A DNA stretch of 64,000 bases from Actinomycetota bacterium (GTDB lineage Bacteria; Actinomycetota; Acidimicrobiia; Acidimicrobiales; Aldehydirespiratoraceae). The stretch is from NCBI GenBank assembly GCA_039188975.1, contig JBCCYT010000004.1, positions 258 through 64,257 of the forward strand. Reading direction: 5' to 3'. The notes beneath the pieces were generated by a model. It was not told where the DNA came from, did no database searches, and saw nothing but the letters and a program-made list of their open reading frames with translations. Numbering within the stretch: position 1 is the first letter of the stretch; each line of letters opens with the position of its first letter. The position numbers and the translations under genes are program-made. This document shows positions 27,919-37,742 of this stretch, one piece after another.

Positions 27919-28836
27919 ATGCGCCGTTTCGTCCCGTTTCTCGCTGCGATCACGATCATCGCGGCCGCATGTGGCGGAAGTGACGACACCGTTTCTGTCA
28001 CCGAGGGAACCATTCCACGGGTCGACACGTCGATCGCGTCGGTGCCGCTCGACGAGGTCGTGTTCGACACGTTCGACGGCGGGTCGGTTCCCCTGAGTGA
28101 GGCGGACGAGGCAACGATCGACCGGCTGCTCGATGCCATCCCCCCGGTCGACGACCCGACGTTCGAGTCGCCGTCCGATGCTGGTTGGCTCGATGACGAC
28201 GCACTGGTGATCGTGGTCGAACGCGACGACGTCAGCCGGGCGTACCCGATCTTGATTCTCGATCTCCACGAGATCGTGCACGACTCGATCGGCGATGACG
28301 AGTTCGTCGTGACCTACTGCCCGTTGTGCGGCAGCGCTCTCGTCTTCGACCGCGAGACGGATCAGGGCCTCATCACCTTCTCCAACACGAGCGCGCTCTA
28401 CGAGAACGACATGGTCATGGTCGACCGCGAAACCGGGAGTTACTGGTGGCAGACAGCCGGGCGATCGATCGTCGGACCGCGGACCGGCGAAACCCTCAAC
28501 TTGGTCTCGTCGCAGGTCGCCCGCTTCGGTGACTGGGCCGACGCTCACCCCCGCGGTGACGTGCTGGTTCGCCCGATCGAGGGCCGCAACTACAGCCGAG
28601 ACCGGTTCGCCGGCTACGCCGAACGCCTCGACGAGGGGCGCACGCCGTTTCCCGTGAGCCCAGAGGTGTTCGACGACGATCGTCTCGCGCCGAGCACTCG
28701 AGTCACGATCGCTCAGGTCGACGGGGTCTGGACCGCCTGGGTCGCCGGGACGGAACCAGACCTCGACGTGCCGACCGCATCGATGTTCTGGTTCGCAGCG
28801 GTGTCGGCCTACCCCACGCTCGAGCTGGGCGAGTAG
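27919..28836 (+). CDS. DUF3179 domain lipoprotein
   Basis: Lipobox IIAAAC-GG, and the VTYCPLCGSALVFDR motif I associate with DUF3179. Confidence 0.65.
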   Translation: MRRFVPFLAAITIIAAACGGSDDTVSVTEGTIPRVDTSIASVPLDEVVFDTFDGGSVPLSEADEATIDRLLDAIPPVDDPTFESPSDAGWLDDDALVIVVERDDVSRAYPILILDLHEIVHDSIGDDEFVVTYCPLCGSALVFDRETDQGLITFSNTSALYENDMVMVDRETGSYWWQTAGRSIVGPRTGETLNLVSSQVARFGDWADAHPRGDVLVRPIEGRNYSRDRFAGYAERLDEGRTPFPVSPEVFDDDRLAPSTRVTIAQVDGVWTAWVAGTEPDLDVPTASMFWFAAVSAYPTLELGE

Positions 28837-30005
28837 TGCCGCAATCGAGTCGTCTTCGGTCGCGGGCCGTGTGGATCTTGCCGGCTGCGTTCACCGTCGG
28901 TTGGGTTGCGTATGTGACGCTCGCCGGCCACGGCGAGCGGGTCATCGAACACTGGCGAGCGGCAGCGACGATGGCGTTCGGCAGCTTCGTCGCCGGCTCG
29001 ACGCCGCAAGGCGGAGGCGCCGTCGCGTTTCCGGTGTTCACCAAGGTGCTCGCCGTACCTGCAGAAGTCGCCCGATCGTTCTCCTTGAGCATCCAGGCCA
29101 CCGGCATGATGATGGCCTCGTTGACGATCCTCATCGCCGGTCGAGCAATCGATCGCAAAGCGCTCGGGCTGGCGACCGCCGGTGGTGCGATCGGGCTCGT
29201 CATCGGGCTGTTGGCGCTCGGCGATCCCTCCCGTTTGTTCTGGCCTTCTCGCCTCGATGCGGCCTATGTGAAGGTGGCATTCACGGTGGCCATCTTCGCC
29301 GTCGCCGTCGTCGTCTCCCTCTGCGCAGGCCGGTCGACGAAGAACGAGACCGTCCCGCACTGGAACGGTCGATCGGTTGGCGTGGTGCTCGGGTTCTCCA
29401 TGATCGGCGGCATCTTCAGCTCGCTCGCCGGTTCGGGTGTCGACGTGTTGCTCTTCATCTTCTTGGTCCTCATCGCCGACGTGCATCCCAAGGTCGCCAT
29501 CCCGACCAGCATCATCGCCATGGCCGTCGTGTCGTCGATCGGCTTCGTCCTACTCGGCTTCGTCGACGGCCAGCTGTCGATCGAACGGCTCGGCGATCAG
29601 GTGGTGGCGGTCGGTGGCGACCCGATCGAGGCATCCGCCGCAACCCGTTTCGATCTCTTCGGCATCTGGCTGGCCGCAGCACCCGTCGTCGTGTGGGGCG
29701 CGCCGCTCGGTTCGTGGGCAGCCGCGAAGGCGTCCGAACGGGCGGTGATCTGGTTCGTCGGGTTGATGGCGATGGCCGAAGTGATCACCACGGTCATCTT
29801 CCTCGACCGGCTCCGCACCGACCCGGCGTTGGCCGCGTTCGGTCTCATCGGCCTGATCGGGGTGATCGTCGGGATCCGTCGCATCGGTGCCCTCAGTCGC
29901 TACATCGCCATCGACACCGGGCGGGCACCGTCCTCGACGGACGCCGATCAGACCCCGCAGCCAACGTCGAGCACAGCTCGAGGCTCCGCGTCCTCGACGT
30001 CGTAG
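28836..30005 (+). CDS. TauE/SafE (TSUP) family membrane transporter
   Basis: Multi-TM protein with FGSFVAGSTPQGGGAVAFPVF in the first half and a repeated half. The C-terminal tail overlaps the convergent gene by about 58 nt. Confidence 0.65.
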   Translation: MPQSSRLRSRAVWILPAAFTVGWVAYVTLAGHGERVIEHWRAAATMAFGSFVAGSTPQGGGAVAFPVFTKVLAVPAEVARSFSLSIQATGMMMASLTILIAGRAIDRKALGLATAGGAIGLVIGLLALGDPSRLFWPSRLDAAYVKVAFTVAIFAVAVVVSLCAGRSTKNETVPHWNGRSVGVVLGFSMIGGIFSSLAGSGVDVLLFIFLVLIADVHPKVAIPTSIIAMAVVSSIGFVLLGFVDGQLSIERLGDQVVAVGGDPIEASAATRFDLFGIWLAAAPVVVWGAPLGSWAAAKASERAVIWFVGLMAMAEVITTVIFLDRLRTDPALAAFGLIGLIGVIVGIRRIGALSRYIAIDTGRAPSSTDADQTPQPTSSTARGSASSTS

Positions 30006-30913
30006 ATGACCGTTCCGGCGCCTTCGTAGTAGCGGTCGTTGACCGCGACCTCCATCCGGCCATCGCCATTCAGATCCGCTACCGCACCGACCCGGTAGGT
30101 CACGAGATAGATCGACGGCGCGTCCAGGTCGAGGTCGTAGCGGAAGAACCCGAGCACCGAGGTCTCGATCTCGCCATCGACGACGGTGCGCAGCAGCGCG
30201 ATCGAGTAGTCACCGTCCTCGAACGCGGCGTCTGGCCCAGAGAACACCCCGGCGTGGCCCGCGGTGATGATCACTTCGTCGACCCCGTCACCCTCCAGGT
30301 CAGCACGTATGACCTGACGCAAGACGGGAACGGCATTCGCCAAGCCTTGCTCAGCCAGCGCATCGGCGACGATCGCACGATACGTCTCACTGTCGTTGGA
30401 GAGCAGCTCGACGTCGCGGGGAACGACATCCCAATCCGCGGCAACCGCCAGCGCAGTGTTGTCGCCCCACGTGGACTCGATCACGCCATCCACCCAGCGC
30501 GCGCCGTCGACGAACTCGCAGCCGTTCCCGACCTCTCCCGACACCGCGCTGGTGACCTCATCACCGATGCGGACAACGGCGTAGGTCTCGCCCATCCTCG
30601 CGGGCAGCTCGCCCTCGCCGAGCGCGAACCACGCCCCGTCGGCGGACCATCCAGCGACGCCGGTCGCCGCCACGATCACGCCCGAGGCTGGTGGCACCGG
30701 AATCGTCGTGCTGGTTGTCGATGCGTCGATCGCTTCCGTTTCGGTCGGCGTCGGCGCAACGGTCGAGGTCGGGGCAACCGATGTGGTCGACTCCACGGCG
30801 GAGACTTCCCCCACCGGAGGTTCCGTTTCGGGCAGTCGGTTGAGCAGCGCCACGACGACCAACATCGCGACGGCGAGGCCCGCACCGACACCCACCATCA
30901 GCCGCTGGTTCAT
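29948..30913 (-). CDS. membrane-anchored hypothetical protein with FG-GAP/VCBS-like DxDGDG motifs
   Basis: Start chosen at MNQRLMVGVGAGLAVAMLVVVALL (a TM). A Thr/Pro linker follows, then DLEGDGVDE and DLNGDGRME. Confidence 0.5.
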   Translation of the reverse strand: MNQRLMVGVGAGLAVAMLVVVALLNRLPETEPPVGEVSAVESTTSVAPTSTVAPTPTETEAIDASTTSTTIPVPPASGVIVAATGVAGWSADGAWFALGEGELPARMGETYAVVRIGDEVTSAVSGEVGNGCEFVDGARWVDGVIESTWGDNTALAVAADWDVVPRDVELLSNDSETYRAIVADALAEQGLANAVPVLRQVIRADLEGDGVDEVIITAGHAGVFSGPDAAFEDGDYSIALLRTVVDGEIETSVLGFFRYDLDLDAPSIYLVTYRVGAVADLNGDGRMEVAVNDRYYEGAGTVIYDVEDAEPRAVLDVGCGV

Positions 30914-30933
30914 ACCCCGACCGTAGACGCGAC

Positions 30934-30959
30934 GGAGCGGCACCCGAAGGTGCCGCTCC
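30934..30959 (-). terminator. hairpin downstream of glnII (11-bp perfect stem, UUCG loop on the transcript)
   Basis: ggagcggcacc-cgaa-ggtgccgctcc, located 28 nt past the glnII stop. There is no U-tract. Confidence 0.5.
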
Positions 30960-30986
30960 GGTCAAGCCCTCGATCGGCGCTCTGGC

Positions 30987-32000
30987 TTACGCCAGCGCGC
31001 TACCGATCGTGTTGGTCAGCAGGGTGGCGACCACGTACGGGTCGGCGTTGGCGTTCGGGCGACGATCCTCGATGTAGCCCTTCTGATCCTGCGCGACCTG
31101 CCACGGAATGCGGATCGACGCACCACGGTCGGAGACGCCGTAGCTGAACTGGTCGTAGCGCTGGGTCTCATGCTCGCCGGTGAGGCGATCCTCGATGCCG
31201 ATGCCGTAGCCCTCGAGGTGCTTGGCGGGCACGCCCTCGGCGCCCATTGCCTCACACGCAGCGATGATGGGGTCGTAACCCTCACGCATGGCCTTGGTCG
31301 AGAAGTTGGTGTGCATACCAGCACCGTTCCAGTCGCCCTTCATCGGCTTGGCCTCGATCGAGACCTCGACGCCGTGTTCCTCAGCGAGACGGAAGAGCAG
31401 GTAGCGAGCAACCCACAGGTGGTCGCCGACGGCGACCGTGTCGGCCGGGCCGATCTGGAACTCCCACTGGCCGGGCATGACCTCGGCGTTGGTGCCCGAG
31501 ATGGCAAGACCAGCTTCGATGCACGCAGTCGTGTGGGCCTCGATGAGGTCACGGCCGTGGATCTTCACGGCGCCGACACCGCAATAGTAGGGGCCCTGCG
31601 GACCGGGGAAACCGCCAGCAGGGAAGCCGGCCGGCCAACCGGTGATCGGATCGAGGAGGGTGTACTCCTGCTCGAGACCGAACCACGGCTCCTGATCGCC
31701 GTACTTCTCGAACGCCTCGACGGCAGCCGCGCGGGTGTTGGTCGGGTGCGGCGACATGTCGGCGGTGAGCAGCGTCTCGCACAGCACGAGGATGTTGTCG
31801 CCGCCGCGGATCGGGTCCGGGCACTGGAAGACGGGCTTGAGGACGACATCGGAGTTGTCGCCGGTCGCCTGGTTGGTGCTGGAGCCGTCGTAGCCCCAGA
31901 TGCCGGGCTCAGCGCCGTCGGCGAGGATCTTGGTCTTGGAGCGGATCTCACGGGTCGGCTCGGAGCCGTCGATCCACAGGTATTCAGCCCGGTAGGCCAT
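30987..32000 (-). CDS. glnII: glutamine synthetase type II
   Basis: MAYRAEYLWIDGSEPTREIRSKTKIL...GYDGSSTNQA matches the eukaryote-like GSII that I recall. About 337 aa from ATG 32000, with an AAGGAAG Shine-Dalgarno. Confidence 0.85.
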   Translation of the reverse strand: MAYRAEYLWIDGSEPTREIRSKTKILADGAEPGIWGYDGSSTNQATGDNSDVVLKPVFQCPDPIRGGDNILVLCETLLTADMSPHPTNTRAAAVEAFEKYGDQEPWFGLEQEYTLLDPITGWPAGFPAGGFPGPQGPYYCGVGAVKIHGRDLIEAHTTACIEAGLAISGTNAEVMPGQWEFQIGPADTVAVGDHLWVARYLLFRLAEEHGVEVSIEAKPMKGDWNGAGMHTNFSTKAMREGYDPIIAACEAMGAEGVPAKHLEGYGIGIEDRLTGEHETQRYDQFSYGVSDRGASIRIPWQVAQDQKGYIEDRRPNANADPYVVATLLTNTIGSALA

Positions 32001-32274
32001 GTCGCTTCCTTGTTTGGTGTTGGGAACGGTGCCCGCAGTGCATAGCGCACGTCGGTTCTCTGTGCTGGGTTGCGCGGAGGTAGGCCGAACGCCGTTGTCC
32101 GGGTCATTCCAACGCTGAGCGCTGAGGCTTCCAGCCTCCAATTACTGAGCTGTTGCCCAATTGTGAACGGAGTGTGAACGGGCTCTCATCGCCCTGGCGG
32201 CGTTGTCAGGAACCCGGCACCCTTGGGCCAGCCCCGCACCTCGCGGGGTCGAGAACCGCCGCAGGAGCAGCCCG

Positions 32275-33603
32275 ATGAGCCGTGAACAGGAGTACGTCCT
32301 TCGCACCGTCGAAGAGCGAGGTGTTCGCCTCATCCGACTCTGGTTCACCGACGTCTTGGGCCAACTCAAGTCGGTGGCGATCTCCCCGGCTGAACTCGAA
32401 ACCGTGTTCGAAGAGGGCGTGCAGTTCGACGGCACTGCGATCGACGGGTTCAGCCGAATCCACGAATCCGACGTGTTGGCCCGTCCCGATGCCACGACCT
32501 TCGAACTGTTGCCGTGGGCCAAGGCCGATGAGCCGTCGGGCCGCATGTTCTGCAACATCGAGAACCTCGACGGCACCGCGTTCGAGGGCGACCCTCGACA
32601 GATCCTGCAACGCAACCTCGGCGTCGCCCGCGACAAGGGCTACACGTTCTTCGCTGCTCCTGAAGCCGAGTTCTTCTACTTCGAGTCCGCCACTGGGACA
32701 CCGACCCCGCTCGACAACGCGTCCTACTTCGACCTCACCACCGCCGACGTGTCGAGCGATCTGCGCAAGTCGACAATCCACATGCTCGAAGCGATGGGCA
32801 TCCCGGTCGAGTATTCGTTCCACGAGGACAGCCCGAGCCAGCACGAAATCGACCTGCGTTACACCGAGGCGCTCAGCATGGCCGACAACGTCATGACGCT
32901 GCGGCTCGTGGTGAAGAAGATCGCGATGGATCGGGGCGTGCATGCGACGTTCATGCCGAAGCCACTCAACGGTGTGCAGGGATCGGGTATGCACACACAC
33001 CTCTCACTGTTCGATGGCGAGACCAATGCGTTCCACGACCCCGACGACGAGATCGGCCTCTCGGCCATCGGCAAACAGTTCACCGCTGGCCTGTTGAAGC
33101 ACGCCCGCGAAATCACCGCGGTGACCAACCAGCTGGTCAACAGCTACAAACGACTCGCCGAGACGTCGGAGGCCCCGCCGTTCGTTGCCTGGGCTCGCAA
33201 CAATCGGTCGGCGATGATTCGAGTCCCGGTCCGCAAGCAGGGCAAAGCCGAATCGGCGCGGATCGAATATCGAGCACTCGACGGGGCGGTTAACCCGTAC
33301 CTCGCGTATTCGCTTATTCTCGCGGCTGGCATGCGCGGGATCGACGAAGGCTACGAACTGCCCGGCGAGACGAGCGAAAACCTGTTCGACCTGAGCGACG
33401 GCGAACGTCGTGAGCTGGGGGTCGAGCCGCTTCCTCGGTCGTTGAACGAAGCACTCGACGTCATGGAGGAGTCGAAGCTGGCCCGAGACACGCTCGGCGA
33501 GCACGTGTTCGAGTGGTTCCTGCGCAACAAACGAGCCGAGTGGACCGAGTTCCAGTCGAGGGTCACCCCCTTCGAACTCGATCGCTACCTGGGGAGCTGG
33601 TGA
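32275..33603 (+). CDS. glnA: glutamine synthetase type I family
   Basis: Contains IRLWFTDVLGQLKSVAISPAELE, GSGMHTHLSLF and NSYKRL, the characteristic GSI blocks. 442 aa from ATG 32275. Confidence 0.85.
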   Translation: MSREQEYVLRTVEERGVRLIRLWFTDVLGQLKSVAISPAELETVFEEGVQFDGTAIDGFSRIHESDVLARPDATTFELLPWAKADEPSGRMFCNIENLDGTAFEGDPRQILQRNLGVARDKGYTFFAAPEAEFFYFESATGTPTPLDNASYFDLTTADVSSDLRKSTIHMLEAMGIPVEYSFHEDSPSQHEIDLRYTEALSMADNVMTLRLVVKKIAMDRGVHATFMPKPLNGVQGSGMHTHLSLFDGETNAFHDPDDEIGLSAIGKQFTAGLLKHAREITAVTNQLVNSYKRLAETSEAPPFVAWARNNRSAMIRVPVRKQGKAESARIEYRALDGAVNPYLAYSLILAAGMRGIDEGYELPGETSENLFDLSDGERRELGVEPLPRSLNEALDVMEESKLARDTLGEHVFEWFLRNKRAEWTEFQSRVTPFELDRYLGSW

Positions 33604-34277
33604 TGGATCCTCTCCTTGTCTTCCCGACCGCTCCGCCCGAACTCGCTCAGGTACTCGATCTCGGCGGGTGGGCCTGGAAAGCCTCGCCCGACCTCGACAC
33701 GGCCCGGGCGGAACAGCCATCGGACGGTTGGGTCGGCGCCGTCGTGGTGGCCGGCGACGAAACCGAAGAGGCGTTTCGGCTGTGCCGATCGATCCGCAGC
33801 GGCGACATCCACGTCGGGTCGGTCCTGTTGTTGATCGGCGGCGGCCACCTCGCCTCGCTCGACTTCCGCGAGGATCTGTTCGACGACTTCTGTCTCAACC
33901 CGTTCCACCCCGTCGAACTCGAAGCGCGGCTCAAGCACCTGTTCCGTCGAAGCGGTCAGGTCGCCCGAGCCGAAGTGATCGAATACGGCCCGCTCGGCAT
34001 GAACCTCGAGACGTACCAGGCGGTGATCGAAGGCAAGCCACTCGACCTCACCTACATGGAGTACGAACTGCTCAAGTTCTTGGCGTCGCACCCGGGCAAG
34101 GTCTTCACTCGTGAAACCCTGCTGAGTCGGGTCTGGGGCTACGACTACTACGGCGGCGCTCGCACCGTCGACGTGCACGTTCGGCGGCTTCGTTCAAAGC
34201 TCGGTGAGGAACACGCCAGCCTGATCCAGACCGTCCGATCGGTCGGTTACAGCTTCGGTACCAGCCGCTGGGTGTAG
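33603..34277 (+). CDS. glnR: OmpR-family orphan response regulator, GlnR-like nitrogen regulator
   Basis: Has a degenerate receiver domain plus a winged-helix C-terminus (LTYMEYELLKFLASHPGKVFTRETLLSRVWGYDYYGGARTVDVHVRRLRSKLG). It is translationally coupled to glnA. The symbol is inferred from context. Confidence 0.65.
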   Translation: MDPLLVFPTAPPELAQVLDLGGWAWKASPDLDTARAEQPSDGWVGAVVVAGDETEEAFRLCRSIRSGDIHVGSVLLLIGGGHLASLDFREDLFDDFCLNPFHPVELEARLKHLFRRSGQVARAEVIEYGPLGMNLETYQAVIEGKPLDLTYMEYELLKFLASHPGKVFTRETLLSRVWGYDYYGGARTVDVHVRRLRSKLGEEHASLIQTVRSVGYSFGTSRWV

Positions 34278-34306
34278 CGCGACGTCGGCCGTCCGGTCAT
34301 CCGTGA

Positions 34307-34948
34307 TTGGCTGGTGCCATGCGGAACGGCATTGGGCGGAATCTGTTCGCGGGTGCGGCGTGCGCGCTCGCGCTGTCAGCGTGTGGGGGTGACCCAGCGA
34401 CCGAAACGCTGTCGAACGACGCCGCCGCACCGGCCGCGCCGATCCAGTCTGGCGGACCGCTCGTCGGTGATCACTGGCACTCGGTGTACGGCGTGTACGG
34501 ATGCGGCGATGGGTTCTTGCCGATCTTCGAGAGCACCTCGGACCCTGACGGCATTCACAGCCATCAGGACGGCGTCGTGCACGTCCATCCGTTCAAGGAG
34601 TCGGTCTCCCGGGAGCGAGCCACGTTCGCCGTGTTCCTGCAGGCGATGGGGTATGCCATGTCTGCGACCGGCATCACCGACGCCGACGGCAATGACCCGT
34701 TTGCCGACTGCGCGCCGAGCGACACCGCGAACCAGGTCATGCTCGTGCGGCGATCGATCGACAACCTGGACGCACCACCGGAGGTGTGGCACGGCTCATC
34801 GGCCCGCACAGCGTTCTTTGCCGAAGACGGCGAAGTGTGGGTGTTGGCCGTCGTTCCCACCGGCACCGACCCAGCGTCAATCCCGTTGCCGCCCGACGAA
34901 CGGTTCGATGCGTTCAACATGAGTTCGGGGCGGACACCGACGTCCTGA
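34307..34948 (+). CDS. hypothetical lipoprotein with His motifs
   Basis: Lipobox ALSAC-GG, with GDHWHS and GIHSHQDGVVHVHPF clusters. Confidence 0.5.
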   Translation: MAGAMRNGIGRNLFAGAACALALSACGGDPATETLSNDAAAPAAPIQSGGPLVGDHWHSVYGVYGCGDGFLPIFESTSDPDGIHSHQDGVVHVHPFKESVSRERATFAVFLQAMGYAMSATGITDADGNDPFADCAPSDTANQVMLVRRSIDNLDAPPEVWHGSSARTAFFAEDGEVWVLAVVPTGTDPASIPLPPDERFDAFNMSSGRTPTS

Positions 34949-35032
34949 CCGCGCCAGGAGAACCGCGTGTCGTTAAGCAAACCGAACACCTGCGTTCTCA
35001 TAGCGATTCAGCCCCGGATAGCCTCCATTTCC

Positions 35033-36052
35033 ATGCGCTCCGTCAACGCACGATTCATCCTCTTCGGCCTCTTCGCATCGGCCAGCGTCTTGCTGCTGGC
35101 CGCCTGCGGCGATGACGCCGAAGACACGCTGCAGGTCTACACCGGCCGCCACTACGACCTCGAAGCTGCATTCGAGGCGTTTGCCGAGGAGTTCGATGTC
35201 AACATCGAGTTCCTGGAAGGCTCCGACGCCGAGCTCCGTGAACGGATCGCCGCCGAAGGCGACGACACCCAAGCCGACATCTACATGACGGTCGACGCCG
35301 GCAACCTCGCCATCGCCACCGAACAGGGCTTGTTCGCGCCGCTCGACTCCAGCGTGCTCGAAGGCGCGATTCCCGACGAGCTCAGCGACCCGGACGGCTA
35401 CTGGTATGCGCTGAGCGCTCGGGCCCGCACCATCGTGTACAGCACCGAACGGTTGAGCGAAGACGAGATCCCCACAACCTACGAGGAACTGGCCGAGCCT
35501 CAGTGGGAGGGTCGGGTGTGTCTGCGCAACTCCTCGAACGCCTACACCCAGTCGCTCGTCGCCAGCCTGATCGGCAGTCTCGGCTACGACGAAGCGCTCG
35601 ACCTGGTGACGGGCTGGGCCGACAACGCTCGCATCATGTCGAACGACGTCATCGCGTTGAATTCGATTCGCGATGATCGCTGCGACGTTGCGATCTCGAA
35701 CCACTACTACCTCGCTCGCGAGCTCGAGGAAGACCCGAACTATCCCGTCGGCCTCGTCTGGGCCAACCAGGACGACCGCGGGGTGCATGTCAACATCTCC
35801 GGCGCCGGTGTGCTTGCCAACTCCGACAACCCCGAACTCGCCCAGCAGTTCATCGAATGGCTCGCCACCGACGGACAGAACCTGTTCGTCGACGGCAACA
35901 ACGAGTATCCGGTCAACCCCGACGTGGCTCCCGAGTCACTGATCGCCAGCGAGTTCGGCGAGACGTTCGTGCGCGACAGCACCAACGCAGCCGAGTGGGG
36001 GCTTCTCAACCCCGACGCGGTTCGTCTGCTCGACGAAGCCGGCTACGAGTGA
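35033..36052 (+). CDS. Fe(3+) ABC transporter substrate-binding protein (FbpA/AfuA type)
   Basis: Lipobox LLAAC-G, and LQVYTGRHYDL...ADIYMTVDAGNL, typical of ferric-binding proteins. Confidence 0.75.
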   Translation: MRSVNARFILFGLFASASVLLLAACGDDAEDTLQVYTGRHYDLEAAFEAFAEEFDVNIEFLEGSDAELRERIAAEGDDTQADIYMTVDAGNLAIATEQGLFAPLDSSVLEGAIPDELSDPDGYWYALSARARTIVYSTERLSEDEIPTTYEELAEPQWEGRVCLRNSSNAYTQSLVASLIGSLGYDEALDLVTGWADNARIMSNDVIALNSIRDDRCDVAISNHYYLARELEEDPNYPVGLVWANQDDRGVHVNISGAGVLANSDNPELAQQFIEWLATDGQNLFVDGNNEYPVNPDVAPESLIASEFGETFVRDSTNAAEWGLLNPDAVRLLDEAGYE

Positions 36053-36065
36053 TCTGAGCGCTTCG

Positions 36066-37742
36066 GTGGCGGCCATCGCTGAGCAGGCGGACGCCGCACC
36101 CGTCGAGACATCCCGATCCGATCGGGTCAGCCGTCGAGGTTGGCCCATCGGCGCCGTCGTCCTCGCGGCCTTCGTCGTCATCCCGATCGGCTTTCTCTCC
36201 GTCAGCATCATCAATCCCAACGTCGAGGTCTGGCGTCAGCAGTGGGACACCCGCTTACCGGGTCAGTTGCGCGACACCGCGATCTTGTTGGTGGGGGTGA
36301 GTCTTGGATCGCTGCTGCTCGGCAGCACGATGGCCTGGCTCGTTAGCGCCTACCGGTTCCCAGGCTCCCGCATCTTCGGCTGGCTCCTCGTCGCCCCACT
36401 TGCGATGCCATCGTACGTGCTCGGCTTCGTGACCTTGTCGGTGGTCGGGTTCACCGGACCGATCCAGAACCAATGGCGGGATTGGTTCGGGCGCGATGCC
36501 TGGTTCCCGGAGGTCGAGTCGATGGGCGGCGCGATCGTCGTGTTCACCCTGGTGCTCTATCCCTATGTGTTCCTGCTGGCTCGGGCTGCGCTCGCCGATC
36601 AGGCGGGCAACGCCTACGACGTTGCTCGCAGCCTCGGTGCCGGGCCGGTGGAGGCCGCCCGGCGGGTCGTCTTGCCGCTGCTTCGGCCTGCGCTGGCTGC
36701 GGGCGTCGCCGTCGTGATGATGGAGACACTGACCGATTTCGCCACCGTGCAGTACTTCGGTGTCGACACCGTGTCGGTCGGTGTCTTCCGCATCTGGCGC
36801 GGGTCCTTTGATCGAGACGCGGCCGCCGAATTCGCGACCCTGGTGCTTGTCGTCGCGCTGATGATCATCGGCATGGAGCGCGTCCTGCGAGGCCGAGCCC
36901 GGTTTGGCGAAGCAGCAGGTGCGGCTGCCGGGCTCGACGCCCGGCGTCTCTCGGGGCTGAAGGCTTGGGGTGCGTTCGCGGCGTGTGCATCCGTCCTGTT
37001 GTTGTCGTTCGGGTTGCCGACCATCCAGCTCACCTCGTGGACATTCCAGGAGATCACCGGACCGCGGGGCACACCGAACACCGAGCGGTTCCTCGAATTT
37101 CTCGGAAATTCGGTCCAGCTCGCGATCTTGACCGGTGTCGTCTGTGTGCTCGCCGCAATCTTCCTGGCAAACGGATCCCGCTTTGTCCAGGGCCGTGCGG
37201 TTGGTCTCTCCTCTCGACTCACCGCGGTCGGCTACGCGGTTCCCGGGCCGGTCGTGGCGATGGGGGTCGTGCTGGCCCTCGTTGCCCTCGACGATGCGCT
37301 CGAGGTCATCGGGCTCGGATTGCCGGGCGCAGTTGCGACCGGATCGCTCGTTGGACTCGTCTACGCATACAGCATCCGTTTTCTCGCGCCCGGGCTGAAC
37401 GCCATCGAATCCGGCATGGTGCAGGTCCCACAGGAGGTCACGGCGTCGGCTCGCAGCCTCGGAGCCCGTCCGTTCGAGATCGTACGCCGCATCCACATGC
37501 CGTTGGCCCGTACGAGCATCGTGACCGGCGCCGTCCTCGTCGCGGTCGACTCGCTCAAGGAGCTGCCGATCGCGTTGCTGCTTCGACCGATCGGCTTCAA
37601 CACGTTGCCGATCTGGACGTTCAACCTGGCCACCGAATCGCGTTTCGAGCAGGCCGCGCTGCCCGCACTCGCCATTATCGTCGTGGCCATGGTCCCCGTC
37701 GGTCTGCTGTCACGTCAGCTCGCTCGAGGAACCAGTCGATGA
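36066..37742 (+). CDS. iron ABC transporter permease, duplicated two-domain type (FbpB-like)
   Basis: 558 aa with two permease halves, each carrying an EAA-like loop (ARSLGAGPVEAARRVVLPLLRP and ARSLGARPFEIVRRIHMPL). Confidence 0.8.
   Translation: MAAIAEQADAAPVETSRSDRVSRRGWPIGAVVLAAFVVIPIGFLSVSIINPNVEVWRQQWDTRLPGQLRDTAILLVGVSLGSLLLGSTMAWLVSAYRFPGSRIFGWLLVAPLAMPSYVLGFVTLSVVGFTGPIQNQWRDWFGRDAWFPEVESMGGAIVVFTLVLYPYVFLLARAALADQAGNAYDVARSLGAGPVEAARRVVLPLLRPALAAGVAVVMMETLTDFATVQYFGVDTVSVGVFRIWRGSFDRDAAAEFATLVLVVALMIIGMERVLRGRARFGEAAGAAAGLDARRLSGLKAWGAFAACASVLLLSFGLPTIQLTSWTFQEITGPRGTPNTERFLEFLGNSVQLAILTGVVCVLAAIFLANGSRFVQGRAVGLSSRLTAVGYAVPGPVVAMGVVLALVALDDALEVIGLGLPGAVATGSLVGLVYAYSIRFLAPGLNAIESGMVQVPQEVTASARSLGARPFEIVRRIHMPLARTSIVTGAVLVAVDSLKELPIALLLRPIGFNTLPIWTFNLATESRFEQAALPALAIIVVAMVPVGLLSRQLARGTSR

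Noticed and set aside
28871-31147. A 758-aa plus-strand ORF spanning the TauE gene, the FG-GAP-like gene and the glnII 3' end
   Set aside because: It is Arg/Gly/Asp-rich low-complexity sequence. It overlaps three better-supported genes on both strands.
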